Assembly (NCBI GenBank): GCA_040387955.1
Contig: JAZKCS010000002.1
Location: 506,582 to 570,581 of the forward strand
DNA length: 64,000 nt
Direction of reading: 5' to 3'
From: Bacteroidota bacterium
GTDB lineage: Bacteria > Bacteroidota > Bacteroidia > Chitinophagales > Chitinophagaceae
Both the position numbers and the translations under genes were made by a program. Shown here in pieces: positions 33,845-44,258 of the stretch. The first letter of the stretch is position 1; each line of letters begins with the position of its first letter. The notes beneath the pieces are model-generated. The model was given only the letters and a program-made list of their open reading frames with translations. It had not been told where the DNA came from and made no database searches.

Positions 33845-35962
33845 TTGGTAAAGAATATAAACATAGCATTAGTAGGCAACCCTAACAGCGGCAAGAGCTC
33901 TTTATTTAATGTCTTAACCGGCTTAAATCAAAAGGTGGGCAATTTTCCGGGTGTGACAGTTGATAAAAAAACGGGCAAATTCTCGATCAATGAGAATTTA
34001 TCGGCTACGTTAATTGATCTACCGGGGACCTATAGCCTTTACCCAAAGCGTGCAGATGAATGGGTGTCGTATAAAGTTTTGTTGAACCAGGATAGTGATA
34101 TAAAACCTGATATGGTTTTATTGGTAGCAGATGCAAGTAATCTGAAAAGGAATTTATTATTTTGTTCTCAGATAATTGATCTTAAGATACCTGTTGTTGT
34201 TGCATTATCTATGATGGATCTTGCTCATAGCAAGGGTACACAGATCGATATCAATGGTTTGGAAAGAGAGTTAGGCGTACCCGTTGTAACGATCAATCCA
34301 AGAAAAAACAAAGGCGTTCCTCAATTAAAAAAAGCATTGGAGCAGGCTGCTTTGTTTCATCCGAATACTACAAAAGATTTTATTGGGAATAAAGCATTAG
34401 CTGAAACTGCCGTTACAGAAGTAAAAAATCTACTTCCTGAAATAAGTGATTATGCAGCTCTGCATTACCTCATCAATCATGAACATTTTGCATTAAGCAA
34501 TACGCATCAGAATAATATAGAAGCGATTGAAGAGAGCAATAAATTTAATCACACTAAGACACAGGCAGAAGAGATCATGGAACGTTACGGCCGCATAAAA
34601 CATATTATGCAGCAAACGGTGGTAGAAGCTGACCCTCTTAAGAAAGCATTGCGATCTGAAAGATTGGATGATATATTCCTACATAGGCGTTGGGGTTATA
34701 TTATTTTAATAGGCGTACTCTTCCTCATGTTTCAAAGTGTTTTCTGGATAGCGCAATACCCAATGGATGGAATAGAATGGACATTTGGAAAATTAAGCGG
34801 CTGGTTGACAACAGTACTTCCTGAAATATGGTGGAGTGATCTGCTGATCAATGGAGTTGTTGCCGGCTTAAGTGGTATCCTTGTTTTTATTCCGCAGATA
34901 ATGATACTCTTTGGTATCATTACTTTATTGGAAGATACCGGATACATGGCTCGTATCAGTTTTTTAACTGATAAGCTCATGCGTAAAGTGGGATTGAATG
35001 GCAAGAGTGTAATGCCGATGATCAGTGGGTTTGCATGTGCTGTTCCTGCTATCATGAGCGCAAGAAATATTGAGAACAGAAAAGAACGTCTACTAACGAT
35101 AATGGTTACCCCATTAATGAGCTGCAGTGCAAGGCTACCGGTTTACACCATTTTAATCGCATTGGTAATTCCATCAAAATTATATTTTGGTTTCCTAAGC
35201 CTTCAAGGACTTGTAATGATGGGATTGTATTTATTGGGTACAGTATTGGCATTGATCGTTTCTTATATAATGAAGTGGTTCATTAATATCAAGGAAAAAA
35301 GCTTTTTCATTTTAGAATTACCTGTCTATAGAGCACCGAGATGGAAAAATGCTTTAACTACAATGATCGAAAAAGCAAAGATCTTTGTTTTTGATGCCGG
35401 TAAAATAATTATGGTGATCAGTTTATTGTTATGGACCTTAAGTACATACGGGCCTCGAAAAAAAATGGATGCTGTTATCGCTAAGTATGTGTTGTTGCAA
35501 AAAAACAACCCTGATAAAATTGATGAACTGAATAAACAAAAACAAACTGAATTATTACAAAATTCTTACGCCGGCATTTTAGGAAGATCAATTGAGCCTG
35601 TGATCAAACCTTTAGGGTATGATTGGAAAATAGGAATTGCATTAGTTACTTCTTTTGCTGCAAGAGAAGTTTTTGTTGGAACAATGGCTACATTATATAG
35701 TGTAGGTGATAATGCTGAAGATAACAGCAGCACGTTGCGACAAAAAATGAAAGCAGCTGTAAAACCTGATGGAACTAAAGTATATACACTTGCCACCGGT
35801 TTATCACTTTTAGTATTTTATGCTTTGGCAATGCAGTGCATGAGTACTTTAGCAATTGTAAAAAGAGAAACTAAAAGCTGGAAATGGCCTGTGATCCAAT
35901 TGTTTTATATGACCGGTTTAGCTTATTTATTAAGTTGGGTGGTGTATGAGATATTTAAATAA
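33845..35962 (+). CDS. feoB: ferrous iron transporter FeoB
   Basis: It has an N-terminal G domain (GNPNSGKSSLFN, DLPGTYS), a polytopic membrane domain, and a TTG start. There is no FeoA domain fused or adjacent. Confidence 0.95.
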   Translation: MVKNINIALVGNPNSGKSSLFNVLTGLNQKVGNFPGVTVDKKTGKFSINENLSATLIDLPGTYSLYPKRADEWVSYKVLLNQDSDIKPDMVLLVADASNLKRNLLFCSQIIDLKIPVVVALSMMDLAHSKGTQIDINGLERELGVPVVTINPRKNKGVPQLKKALEQAALFHPNTTKDFIGNKALAETAVTEVKNLLPEISDYAALHYLINHEHFALSNTHQNNIEAIEESNKFNHTKTQAEEIMERYGRIKHIMQQTVVEADPLKKALRSERLDDIFLHRRWGYIILIGVLFLMFQSVFWIAQYPMDGIEWTFGKLSGWLTTVLPEIWWSDLLINGVVAGLSGILVFIPQIMILFGIITLLEDTGYMARISFLTDKLMRKVGLNGKSVMPMISGFACAVPAIMSARNIENRKERLLTIMVTPLMSCSARLPVYTILIALVIPSKLYFGFLSLQGLVMMGLYLLGTVLALIVSYIMKWFINIKEKSFFILELPVYRAPRWKNALTTMIEKAKIFVFDAGKIIMVISLLLWTLSTYGPRKKMDAVIAKYVLLQKNNPDKIDELNKQKQTELLQNSYAGILGRSIEPVIKPLGYDWKIGIALVTSFAAREVFVGTMATLYSVGDNAEDNSSTLRQKMKAAVKPDGTKVYTLATGLSLLVFYALAMQCMSTLAIVKRETKSWKWPVIQLFYMTGLAYLLSWVVYEIFK

Positions 35963-35966
35963 TGGG

Positions 35967-36068
35967 ATTACACTAATTTTTACCCATTACACGAATTGCT
36001 TCTTCCTAAATAGAATATTCATTTAAAAATTGTTTTTAATTCGTGTAATTAGTAAAAATCCGTGTAAT
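35967..36068. repeat. 31-nt imperfect inverted repeat (27/31) with a 40-nt spacer; each arm carries two ATTACAC half-sites
   Basis: The left arm is ATTACACTAATTTTTACCCATTACACGAATT (35967-35997). The reverse complement of 36038-36068 is ATTACACGGATTTTTACTAATTACACGAATT. Confidence 0.7.
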
Positions 36069-36079
36069 AAAAAAGCAAT

Positions 36080-36559
36080 CTAATATCCTACCAACTCTAC
36101 ATTTAATTTCTTTGCTAATCCTTTGGCTCCCCATTTCATCACAACATCATGGTTCCATTTAAACAAGGGCCTTAGTAATGGGGCAAAAATATTCATCCAT
36201 TTCTTGGTGGTTTTTACATCCCAGTTATATTGGACAGTCGTGATCCCATCTTCTTCTTTAAAATGCCAGAGCCCCTTTCCCTGTAATTCACCACTATATG
36301 CAACGCCTTCCATAAAAAAGGGTTCTTCTATATTACTAGATATTATATCAAATACCAGGTTATAAGGCAAAATGCTTCTCCAGGTGAGCCGCATTCTTTT
36401 TCCAATATCATTTTCATCGCCTTCTTCCAGCACCTCAACCTTCAAAACCCCTTTCCACCATTCTGGCCACTTTTCCTGTTCATATATAATATGCCATACC
36501 TCTTGAAGTGAGGACCTCAATTTCCATATTGTTACAAAGGAATAAGAGCGGTTTTGCAT
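36080..36559 (-). CDS. SRPBCC (START/polyketide-cyclase-like) family protein
   Basis: Its size and pattern (W.....EKWPEWW.G) are typical of SRPBCC proteins. Confidence 0.6.
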   Translation of the reverse strand: MQNRSYSFVTIWKLRSSLQEVWHIIYEQEKWPEWWKGVLKVEVLEEGDENDIGKRMRLTWRSILPYNLVFDIISSNIEEPFFMEGVAYSGELQGKGLWHFKEEDGITTVQYNWDVKTTKKWMNIFAPLLRPLFKWNHDVVMKWGAKGLAKKLNVELVGY

Positions 36560-36844
36560 ATTTAAATATACATTTTTTACTTGTGATGTATTTTATGACA
36601 ATTTTAAACAGCCATTTGGCTCTTCAAATTTGCCATTCATCAAATCTCAGAAAAATATTTTAAAAATAAAAATTTGCCTAAATCCTTTACTGTAGTGTGT
36701 TTAATACAATTTTGGATATATTTTACTGCCCACTACTAAAAAATAATTGGTACTTTGTGTTGCATAGTACTGAAAAGTTTATATCTTTGTGTAACAAATG
36801 GCAGGAAATGTATCATCTGCTAAAAATTTAAAAAACAAAACGTC

Positions 36845-37210
36845 ATGAATATTGATAACACAGCAAGCCAGATGAGGAAGGGAGTTCTGGAGTTTTGTAT
36901 CCTTTCAGTGATCAAACAAGGCGAAGCCTACCCTTCAGATATTATAGATAAAATGAAAGCGGCTAACCTGAATATTTTTGAAGGAACATTATATCCGTTA
37001 CTTACCCGTTTGAAAAACGCAGAATTTCTTACCTACCGTTGGGTGGAAAGTAATAGCGGTCCGCCACGAAAATATTTTTCGCTTACAGAAAAAGGTGCTG
37101 CATTTTATAAAGAACTCGAAGCCACCTGGAACGAATTGGCAAATGCAGTACAAGCTCTTTCGCAAGCGGAACAAGATCATACAAATGACAACTTCAACGA
37201 TCCACAATAA
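36845..37210 (+). CDS. PadR-family transcriptional regulator
   Basis: It has a winged HTH (LEFCILSVIKQGEAYPSDIIDKM......GTLYPLLTRLKNAEFL...W......PPRKYFSLTEKG). Confidence 0.9.
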   Translation: MNIDNTASQMRKGVLEFCILSVIKQGEAYPSDIIDKMKAANLNIFEGTLYPLLTRLKNAEFLTYRWVESNSGPPRKYFSLTEKGAAFYKELEATWNELANAVQALSQAEQDHTNDNFNDPQ

Positions 37211-37256
37211 AAAAAAGGCAAGTGGGGCCAACTAAAGAAACAATAAATTTTTAATC

Positions 37257-39416
37257 ATGAAACAAGTAATAAATATAAACTTTCACGGGCAGGTTGTTCC
37301 GATAGAAGTATCAGCATTTGACATGCTTAAGAGATATACGGATAGCCTGAGCAGATATTTTGCTAATGAAGAAGGAAAGGATGAGATCATCAATGATATA
37401 GAAAGCCGTATTGGCGAATTGTTCCAGGAAAGACTAAAAAAAGGAGCAACCTGTATTACTGATGAAGATGTAAATGCGATCATCAATAGCATGGGCCGTC
37501 CTGAAGATTTTGAAGATGTAGAAGATGCAACATTGGCCAGCCAATTGACAGGTTCATATGAATCTTCTCAAAACGCTAGTGCTGATACAACGGTAAAGCA
37601 TAAACGCTTATATAGGAATGAGAATAGCAAAGTGATTGGTGGGGTTGCTTCAGGAATAGCGAATTATTTTGGAATAGACTCTATTATTGTACGTGTCATA
37701 TTTGTTATATTAGCATTTGCTGGTGGCACAGGTATTGTTGCTTATTTTATTCTTTGGTTAGCAGTACCAAGCTCAGCGTCAAATGAGATCGGTGGTGTTC
37801 GAAAAAAATTATACAGGGATACTGATGATAAATTTATTGCCGGTGTTTGTAGCGGTATAGGTAATTATTTCGGCATCAGTGCCTGGGTACCAAGAGTATT
37901 TTTCTTATTACCATTCTTATCTTTTGCTTTTAGATTAGGCCATTGGGGCTTTATGGATTTTCCGCAATTTTTAAGCTTAAGCTTTAGCCCGGGTGCATTG
38001 ATCGTTTATATTATTTTATGGTTAGTTATTCCTGAAGCAAATACTACTGCTGAAAAATTAGAAATGAAAGGGGAGAAAGTAGATATGAATAGTATTAAAA
38101 ATTCTGTTGTAGGAGAAATGAAAGATCTTCAAAACCGTGCAGAAGAAAAAGGTAGAGCGATAGGTGCAGAAATGAGTGCAGTTGCTAAAAAAAGAGGTCG
38201 TTCATTTGGGGATGTAATTGTTTTTCTTGTAAAAGCTTTCGCATATTTTGTGATCGGATGTGTGGCATTTGCGCTTATTATCGGATTATTTGCTTTAGCA
38301 ATTTTCGCAATCGGAATATTTCCTTTCAAAGATTATTTACTTAGAGATGGCTGGCAAAATGCTTTTGCATGGGGCACACTATTATTTTTTATTGCAGTGC
38401 CGGTGATTGGAGTAATTACATTTATCATTCGCAGATTAGCAAAAGTAAAAGGGAGTAGCAAAATTATAAGATTTGCGTTTGTAAGTCTTTGGATAATTGG
38501 CTGGGCATCTTTAATTGGTTTAGGAGTTTCTGTAGCAAGAGATTTTAGAAAAACAAATAATGATACGACTGGTCAAGAAATCATTCTATCTAATCCTGCT
38601 GTAAGTGCCATAGAGTTTACTGCGCCGGACGATATTGTATTACGTAACAATAAAAATCGTTTTTTTAGGTTCAATGCATTCAGCGATGTTACAGACGAGG
38701 ATACTTTATATATAAACAATGTACATTTTAGAATTCTTAAATCTCCAAACGATAGTTTTCATGTATCAATTAGTAAACAGGCTGATGGAAGAACGATCAA
38801 AGAAGCAGAAAGCACAGCAGGATCTTTTGATTATATGATTACTCAAACTGATAGTATTGTAAGAATGCCACTAGGAATTCCGATTAACAGGAAAAATAAA
38901 TTAAGGAACCAAAGAGTAACAATACATGTATATGTTCCAGTAAATAAAAAAATAAAGATCAACGAAGCTATTTGGGATAAAACAGAAAATGCAATGATCA
39001 GTTTAGAAGGCAATCGTCATAGCGATTGGGCAGATTACTGGGGAAATGAAGAAAGAGGATGGACAACTAATGTGGAATACATCATGAAGGCAGATGGCCT
39101 TTATACAATGGAAGGAGAAAAAGCGACTGAAGCAAAAAGGATCACAATAGGTAAGGGACGAATAGATATCAATGAAAATGGTAAAAGGATCATAATAAAT
39201 GGTGACGAGATCATTATCAATGAAAAAAATATCGAAGAAAATAAACAAAGAAGAATAGATTCTATTGAAAACAAAATGGAAAGAGAAAAAGATTCATTGA
39301 ACAAAATAATTGAAGAAAAAAAGAACAAAGAAAAAGAAAAGGTATTAAAGCAAGGAAGTGAACCAAGCGCTTATTCAACTCCTATTGGTTTGCAAATAAT
39401 TAATTCGCTGATGTAA
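37257..39416 (+). CDS. PspC domain-containing membrane protein (two PspC domains plus a large C-terminal region)
   Basis: It contains two copies of LYR...NKVIGGV.SGIANYFGID / LYRDTDDKFIAGVCSGIGNYFGIS, each followed by TM helices. Confidence 0.85.
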   Translation: MKQVININFHGQVVPIEVSAFDMLKRYTDSLSRYFANEEGKDEIINDIESRIGELFQERLKKGATCITDEDVNAIINSMGRPEDFEDVEDATLASQLTGSYESSQNASADTTVKHKRLYRNENSKVIGGVASGIANYFGIDSIIVRVIFVILAFAGGTGIVAYFILWLAVPSSASNEIGGVRKKLYRDTDDKFIAGVCSGIGNYFGISAWVPRVFFLLPFLSFAFRLGHWGFMDFPQFLSLSFSPGALIVYIILWLVIPEANTTAEKLEMKGEKVDMNSIKNSVVGEMKDLQNRAEEKGRAIGAEMSAVAKKRGRSFGDVIVFLVKAFAYFVIGCVAFALIIGLFALAIFAIGIFPFKDYLLRDGWQNAFAWGTLLFFIAVPVIGVITFIIRRLAKVKGSSKIIRFAFVSLWIIGWASLIGLGVSVARDFRKTNNDTTGQEIILSNPAVSAIEFTAPDDIVLRNNKNRFFRFNAFSDVTDEDTLYINNVHFRILKSPNDSFHVSISKQADGRTIKEAESTAGSFDYMITQTDSIVRMPLGIPINRKNKLRNQRVTIHVYVPVNKKIKINEAIWDKTENAMISLEGNRHSDWADYWGNEERGWTTNVEYIMKADGLYTMEGEKATEAKRITIGKGRIDINENGKRIIINGDEIIINEKNIEENKQRRIDSIENKMEREKDSLNKIIEEKKNKEKEKVLKQGSEPSAYSTPIGLQIINSLM

Positions 39417-39450
39417 AAAGTTTCAATAGTTGAGTTGAAGTTGAAGCAAA

Positions 39451-39484
39451 AAAAGATCCTGTCGCTTGCGATGGGATCTTTTTG
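39451..39484 (+). terminator. intrinsic terminator of the PadR-PspC operon
   Basis: The sequence AAAAGATCC-loop-GGGATCTTTTTG forms the hairpin and U-tract. Confidence 0.65.
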
Positions 39485-39544
39485 CACATAGTATTAAATA
39501 ATTAATATGAATATCTTTATTCATATATTCAGAACTTATTATCA

Positions 39545-39552
39545 TAATTTTG
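39545..39552 (+). promoter_or_regulatory. sigmaA-type -7 box TAATTTTG
   Basis: It lies 16 nt upstream of ATG 39568. This supports the shorter start of the T9SS cargo gene. Confidence 0.45.
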
Positions 39553-39567
39553 CAGAAATTTTATCTA

Positions 39568-42387
39568 ATGAGTTGTTCTATACGACATTTTTTTATAATC
39601 ATTCTTATCGCTCTTTCTCAAACCGTTTTTTCGCAATGCCCGGCACCCATTCATATAAGTATTGATACAGTTATAACTACTGAAAGCCGTTGTAATACTT
39701 CGGGTACCGCTACCGTTAGTGCAGTGGATGGAGCTGCTCCATTTACCTATAGTATTATATCAGGTCCTGTATTAGCATCGCCGCAGGCAGGTAATTTATT
39801 CCAGGCACTTAGCCCGGGATCTTATACAGTATTGGTAACAGACAATTGTAATCAATCAACAACAAAAAATTTTACGATCATCGGGTCGTATCAAGAACCA
39901 GAAGTTAATATCATTTTAGAATCGCCGGAATGTCCAGGAGGAGCAAATGGAAAAGTAACTGTAGAAGTAACAAAAGGACGCTTGCCTATTAGCTATTCAT
40001 TAATAAGTCCATCACCAATCCTTGCAGGTCCGCAGGTTTCAAATGTTTTTACAGGGTTGGTTGCAGGAAGTTATACTTGTCAAATAACAGATTCATGTAA
40101 TAATTTTCAAACAAGAACTTTTACAATTATCGATGCACAAACACAAAATATTTATTTGAGCAATCAAATATTCAAATGGCAAGCTTGCGATTCGTTTGCC
40201 TTAGGGTATACCGTTGCTAATTTTAATTTTACTGAATTACGTTTCCCTATTACGGCTACATTTACGGTAGGTACTAATGTACCTGTTACCCATATTTTAA
40301 ATAAAGGAATCGATAATATACTCAGATTAGATACTTTCTTTTTTAGGTATGCACATGTTACAAATGCTTATGATCCTTTTTCAATAAAAATAACAGATGT
40401 CTGCGGAAATACTTTTACGCATAATGATCAGCTTCATTCTTACCTGGATATGTATGAAAGCCCCTACAACATTTCCGGATGTAGCAGACAAATAGCATAT
40501 AAATTAGATGACCTGAAAGATAACAGCAATCCACAATCTTCATTAGTGCCACATTGTGCTACTATCACTTACACGCTGATAAGTCCGGCTGGCGTCACTT
40601 TACTTACGCAAACAAACAACTCGTTTTTTACAGGTTATCCTGCCGGGATTGGTTATAAAGTTATCAGGGAAGACTGCTGCAGAAAGGATACGCTTGTTTT
40701 CGATTGGAAAGAAACACCACAATTAAGTATCCTATATGATCTATCCCCTCAATATACCTGCAAAGAAAATACTACGGGATTAAGGTTATTTGCTAATATA
40801 AATACATTCATTGCACCACTTACTGTTGTATTGGTATCCGGTCCCCCTTCAATTACTTTTTCAGACGGATCTGTTAAAAATTACGTCTATCCAGATACGT
40901 TAGCTACGAAAGATCCGACAGGAGGTTTAATAATTGATTATCTGACTACAGGAAGTTACAGCTTCGTAATAACTGATACCTGCGGCCAAGTATTTCCCTT
41001 GAATGTTACCGTTCAGCCATCAGATCTGCGTCATTCATCTATATCAACAAAAATTGAAAGAGGCTGTCTTGATAACAATAAAATTGTTTTGCAAACAACA
41101 TCCAATACAGGAGCTTTTTTTGGAAATGACCCTACTCCGGCATATGTTGACATCACTGAATTACCTGGCTATATAAAATTAATTAATCAGGATGCTTACA
41201 CTGATTCTGCAGTAAATCTTGCTCCCGGGATTTATCATTTGAATTATCATTATGATAATCCATGGCGTCGGGCTTCATTGCCGATCCTTATTGCAAAAGG
41301 AATGGAAGATATCATCTGCGATTCTATCATATATACTACAGTAGTTCCTGAATATACACAGCCGCTTTTTACAACTCCGTTAGCAATAGCGGTTTGTGGA
41401 GAAACAGGAAATGTTGCATTGTTGCCCGATAGTAGCCGAGGTGTTTTCCCTTACACTTACCAGATCATTGAAGGACCAATAACCACTTCAGAACAATCAA
41501 GTCCGATATTCAATAATTTGACTAAAGGTGTATATACTTTCAGAGTATCAGATTTTTGTGGCAATAGTTACTCAAGTAGTATCGCTATTGATACTTTAAT
41601 ATTTCCTGATATAGTTACCATCGGTAGTACATGTAAAGGCGACTCTGCAATTTTTCAGGCACCGGTAAATCCTTATTATAGTTATGTGTGGTTAAAGCCC
41701 AATAACACGATATCACAAAAAGATTCTATTGCTTTATTTCCTGTTACAGATAGTGATACTGGTGTTTATAAACTTATTGTCTACAGTGCTATTAATGGTT
41801 GCGTAGATACAAAAACTAAATATTTACGTTTTGATTTTTGTTCACCTGTTCCCATTCATCTTGTAAGCTTTTCAGGTATAATTAATGATGTAGGCGTATT
41901 AATATCCTGGAATACTTTAAGCGAAATAAATGTATCACATTATTATATTGAAAGCAGCGATGACGGCATTCATTTTTATCAATTACAAAAGATCAGCGCA
42001 AAAAATAAAAACAATAATTTTTATAATTATATCGATAAGGAATTGCTATCAGGTAAACGGTATTACAGGCTGGTTCAATATTCTGCTGATGGTAAAATAT
42101 TGCATTCAGATATTATTCATGTAACCCGATCAACAAATGATCTTATTACTATAAATAACAATCCGGTTAAAGATCATTTAGGGATTCAATGGGAAACAAG
42201 AAAAAACACTACAGGTGCTGTTACTATTACAGATATGAGTGGGCGGACCATAACTGTTAAAAAATTATTACTTACAAAAGGGAATAATTATATTGCAATG
42301 CCTCTTCAATCAATTTCAAAAGGCATATATGTTGCCACGTTTAAAAGTGAAGAAAATATAAAAAGTTTTAAATTCATTAAAGAGTAA
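39568..42387 (+). CDS. T9SS type A C-terminal sorting domain protein with SprB/HYR-like repeats
   Basis: It has a signal peptide. The N-terminal modules repeat (C...G.A.V....G..P..YS). The C-terminal Por-secretion tail reads (GIYVATFKSEENIKSFKFIKE). Confidence 0.8.
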   Translation: MSCSIRHFFIIILIALSQTVFSQCPAPIHISIDTVITTESRCNTSGTATVSAVDGAAPFTYSIISGPVLASPQAGNLFQALSPGSYTVLVTDNCNQSTTKNFTIIGSYQEPEVNIILESPECPGGANGKVTVEVTKGRLPISYSLISPSPILAGPQVSNVFTGLVAGSYTCQITDSCNNFQTRTFTIIDAQTQNIYLSNQIFKWQACDSFALGYTVANFNFTELRFPITATFTVGTNVPVTHILNKGIDNILRLDTFFFRYAHVTNAYDPFSIKITDVCGNTFTHNDQLHSYLDMYESPYNISGCSRQIAYKLDDLKDNSNPQSSLVPHCATITYTLISPAGVTLLTQTNNSFFTGYPAGIGYKVIREDCCRKDTLVFDWKETPQLSILYDLSPQYTCKENTTGLRLFANINTFIAPLTVVLVSGPPSITFSDGSVKNYVYPDTLATKDPTGGLIIDYLTTGSYSFVITDTCGQVFPLNVTVQPSDLRHSSISTKIERGCLDNNKIVLQTTSNTGAFFGNDPTPAYVDITELPGYIKLINQDAYTDSAVNLAPGIYHLNYHYDNPWRRASLPILIAKGMEDIICDSIIYTTVVPEYTQPLFTTPLAIAVCGETGNVALLPDSSRGVFPYTYQIIEGPITTSEQSSPIFNNLTKGVYTFRVSDFCGNSYSSSIAIDTLIFPDIVTIGSTCKGDSAIFQAPVNPYYSYVWLKPNNTISQKDSIALFPVTDSDTGVYKLIVYSAINGCVDTKTKYLRFDFCSPVPIHLVSFSGIINDVGVLISWNTLSEINVSHYYIESSDDGIHFYQLQKISAKNKNNNFYNYIDKELLSGKRYYRLVQYSADGKILHSDIIHVTRSTNDLITINNNPVKDHLGIQWETRKNTTGAVTITDMSGRTITVKKLLLTKGNNYIAMPLQSISKGIYVATFKSEENIKSFKFIKE

Positions 42388-42392
42388 ATGTC

Positions 42393-43076
42393 ATGGAAAA
42401 TACTTCAGGGTTAAAACTTATTTTAACCGGCGCAACAGGAATGGTAGGCGAAGGAGTATTACACGAATGCTTATTACGTGATGATGTAGTGGCGGTGCTG
42501 ATAATTAATAGAAAACCTTCTGGGATAACTCATCCTAAATTAAAAGAAATAATCCATGCAGATTTTTTTGATCTTTCTCCAATTGAAAACGAATTGACAA
42601 ATTACGATGGTTGTCTTTTTTGTTTAGGTGTATCATCAGTAGGAATGAAAGAACCTGAGTATTTTAAAATGACCTATACTTTAACCATGAATGTTGCTCA
42701 AACACTTTCGAGGTTGAATGACGGCATGACCTTTTGTTATATCTCAGGAGCTTCTACAGATAGTTCTGAGAAAGGAAAATTGATGTGGGCACGGGTAAAG
42801 GGAAAAACAGAGAACGACCTGATAAAGCTGCCTTTTAAAAAAGTATATAATTTTCGTCCGGGTATAATTGAACCAACAAAAGGGTTAAAAAATACATTGG
42901 GATTCTATAAATACTTCGGATGGTTATTGTCAATAATAAAATTATTCTGGTCAAATGGCTTTTGCACTTTGAAACAGTTAGGCGATGCAATGATCAATGC
43001 TGTTAAAATAGGATATGAGAAACAAGTGCTCGAAATAAAGGATATAAAATTATTATCACAAGGAACCAAGAAATAA
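42393..43076 (+). CDS. NAD(P)-binding (atypical SDR / epimerase-like) protein
   Basis: It has an N-terminal Rossmann motif (LTGATGMVGEGVL). Confidence 0.6.
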   Translation: MENTSGLKLILTGATGMVGEGVLHECLLRDDVVAVLIINRKPSGITHPKLKEIIHADFFDLSPIENELTNYDGCLFCLGVSSVGMKEPEYFKMTYTLTMNVAQTLSRLNDGMTFCYISGASTDSSEKGKLMWARVKGKTENDLIKLPFKKVYNFRPGIIEPTKGLKNTLGFYKYFGWLLSIIKLFWSNGFCTLKQLGDAMINAVKIGYEKQVLEIKDIKLLSQGTKK

Positions 43077-43126
43077 TATTTTATAAGCATCTGCATTGCT
43101 CTCATCAAAACCTCAGATTTTAAATT

Positions 43127-43134
43127 TACTTTTG
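43127..43134 (+). promoter_or_regulatory. sigmaA-type -7 box TACTTTTG
   Basis: It lies 19 nt upstream of the gcvT ATG. Confidence 0.5.
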
Positions 43135-43152
43135 CCCAATATTATAAAGTAA

Positions 43153-44238
43153 ATGAAAAATACTCCCTTTACAAATAAACACATTGCCCTTGGGGCAAAA
43201 ATGGCTGAATTTGCCGGGTATAACATGCCTATTAGTTATAGCGGCATTAACGATGAACATGCAGCTGTGCGTAACAATGCCGGCGTGTTTGATGTAAGCC
43301 ATATGGGTGAGTTTATTTTAAAAGGAGAGCATGCGCTGGACCTTATTCAGCGTGTAACAAGCAATGATGCTGCAAAACTAACTGCAGGAAAAATTCAGTA
43401 CAGCTGTTTGCCTAATGACACCGGTGGTATTGTAGATGATCTCCTGGTATACTGCCTGGAAGAAAACAAAGCATACATGCTGGTAGTGAATGCAAGCAAT
43501 ATTGATAAGGACTGGAACTGGATAAGCAAACACAATGATCAGAAAGTTGAAATGCACAATATTAGTGATAAAACTTGTTTATTGGCAGTGCAAGGTCCAA
43601 ATGCTTGTAAGATATTACAACAACTAACGGATAAGGATATACTTAATTTAACTTATTATACTTTTATAAAAGGAACTTTTGCCGGTGTTGAAAATGTGTT
43701 GATCAGTGCAACTGGTTATACAGGCGCAGGCGGCGTTGAAATTTATTTTGAAGATAAAGATGGAGCAGCTGAAAAAATATGGGACGCTATTTTTGCTGCT
43801 GGCGCAACTGATGGTATTAAACCAATTGGCCTGGGTGCAAGAGATACTTTACGTTTGGAAAAAGGATTCTGCTTATATGGCAATGATATTGATGATACAA
43901 CCTCCCCTTTAGAAGCAGGTTTGGGCTGGATCACAAAATTCAATAAAGAGTTTACCAATAAAGCTTTTCTTGAAAATCAAAAAGAAAAAGGTGTAACAAA
44001 AAAACTAGTGGGTTTTGAAATGCAGGAAAAAGGAATAGCAAGGCATGGTTATGATATTAAGGATTTTGACGGAGAGATAATTGGTAAAGTAACTTCAGGA
44101 ACACAATCTCCATCACTGGGGAAAGCAATAGGGATGGGATATGTAGAAAAACAATATGCAGAAATTGATAAAGAGATATTTATCAGCGTACGCAATACTT
44201 TATTAACAGCAAAAGTGGTAAAAACTCCTTTCTTATAA
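43153..44238 (+). CDS. gcvT: glycine cleavage system aminomethyltransferase GcvT
   Basis: It has the motifs [21 protein letters not shown], and [20 protein letters not shown]. Confidence 0.95.
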   Translation: MKNTPFTNKHIALGAKMAEFAGYNMPISYSGINDEHAAVRNNAGVFDVSHMGEFILKGEHALDLIQRVTSNDAAKLTAGKIQYSCLPNDTGGIVDDLLVYCLEENKAYMLVVNASNIDKDWNWISKHNDQKVEMHNISDKTCLLAVQGPNACKILQQLTDKDILNLTYYTFIKGTFAGVENVLISATGYTGAGGVEIYFEDKDGAAEKIWDAIFAAGATDGIKPIGLGARDTLRLEKGFCLYGNDIDDTTSPLEAGLGWITKFNKEFTNKAFLENQKEKGVTKKLVGFEMQEKGIARHGYDIKDFDGEIIGKVTSGTQSPSLGKAIGMGYVEKQYAEIDKEIFISVRNTLLTAKVVKTPFL

Positions 44239-44258
44239 AATTTGTGTGCTGAAATATC

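Noticed and set aside
36799-36815. A second GGCA-containing sequence upstream of padR (TGGCAGgaaatGTAT).
   Set aside because: The downstream half-site does not match TTG(T/A/C), so I regard it as a chance occurrence of GGCA.
43077-43152. A glycine riboswitch upstream of gcvT.
   Set aside because: The intergenic region is only 76 nt and contains a sigmaA -7 box 19 nt from the ATG. It is too short for even a single glycine aptamer.
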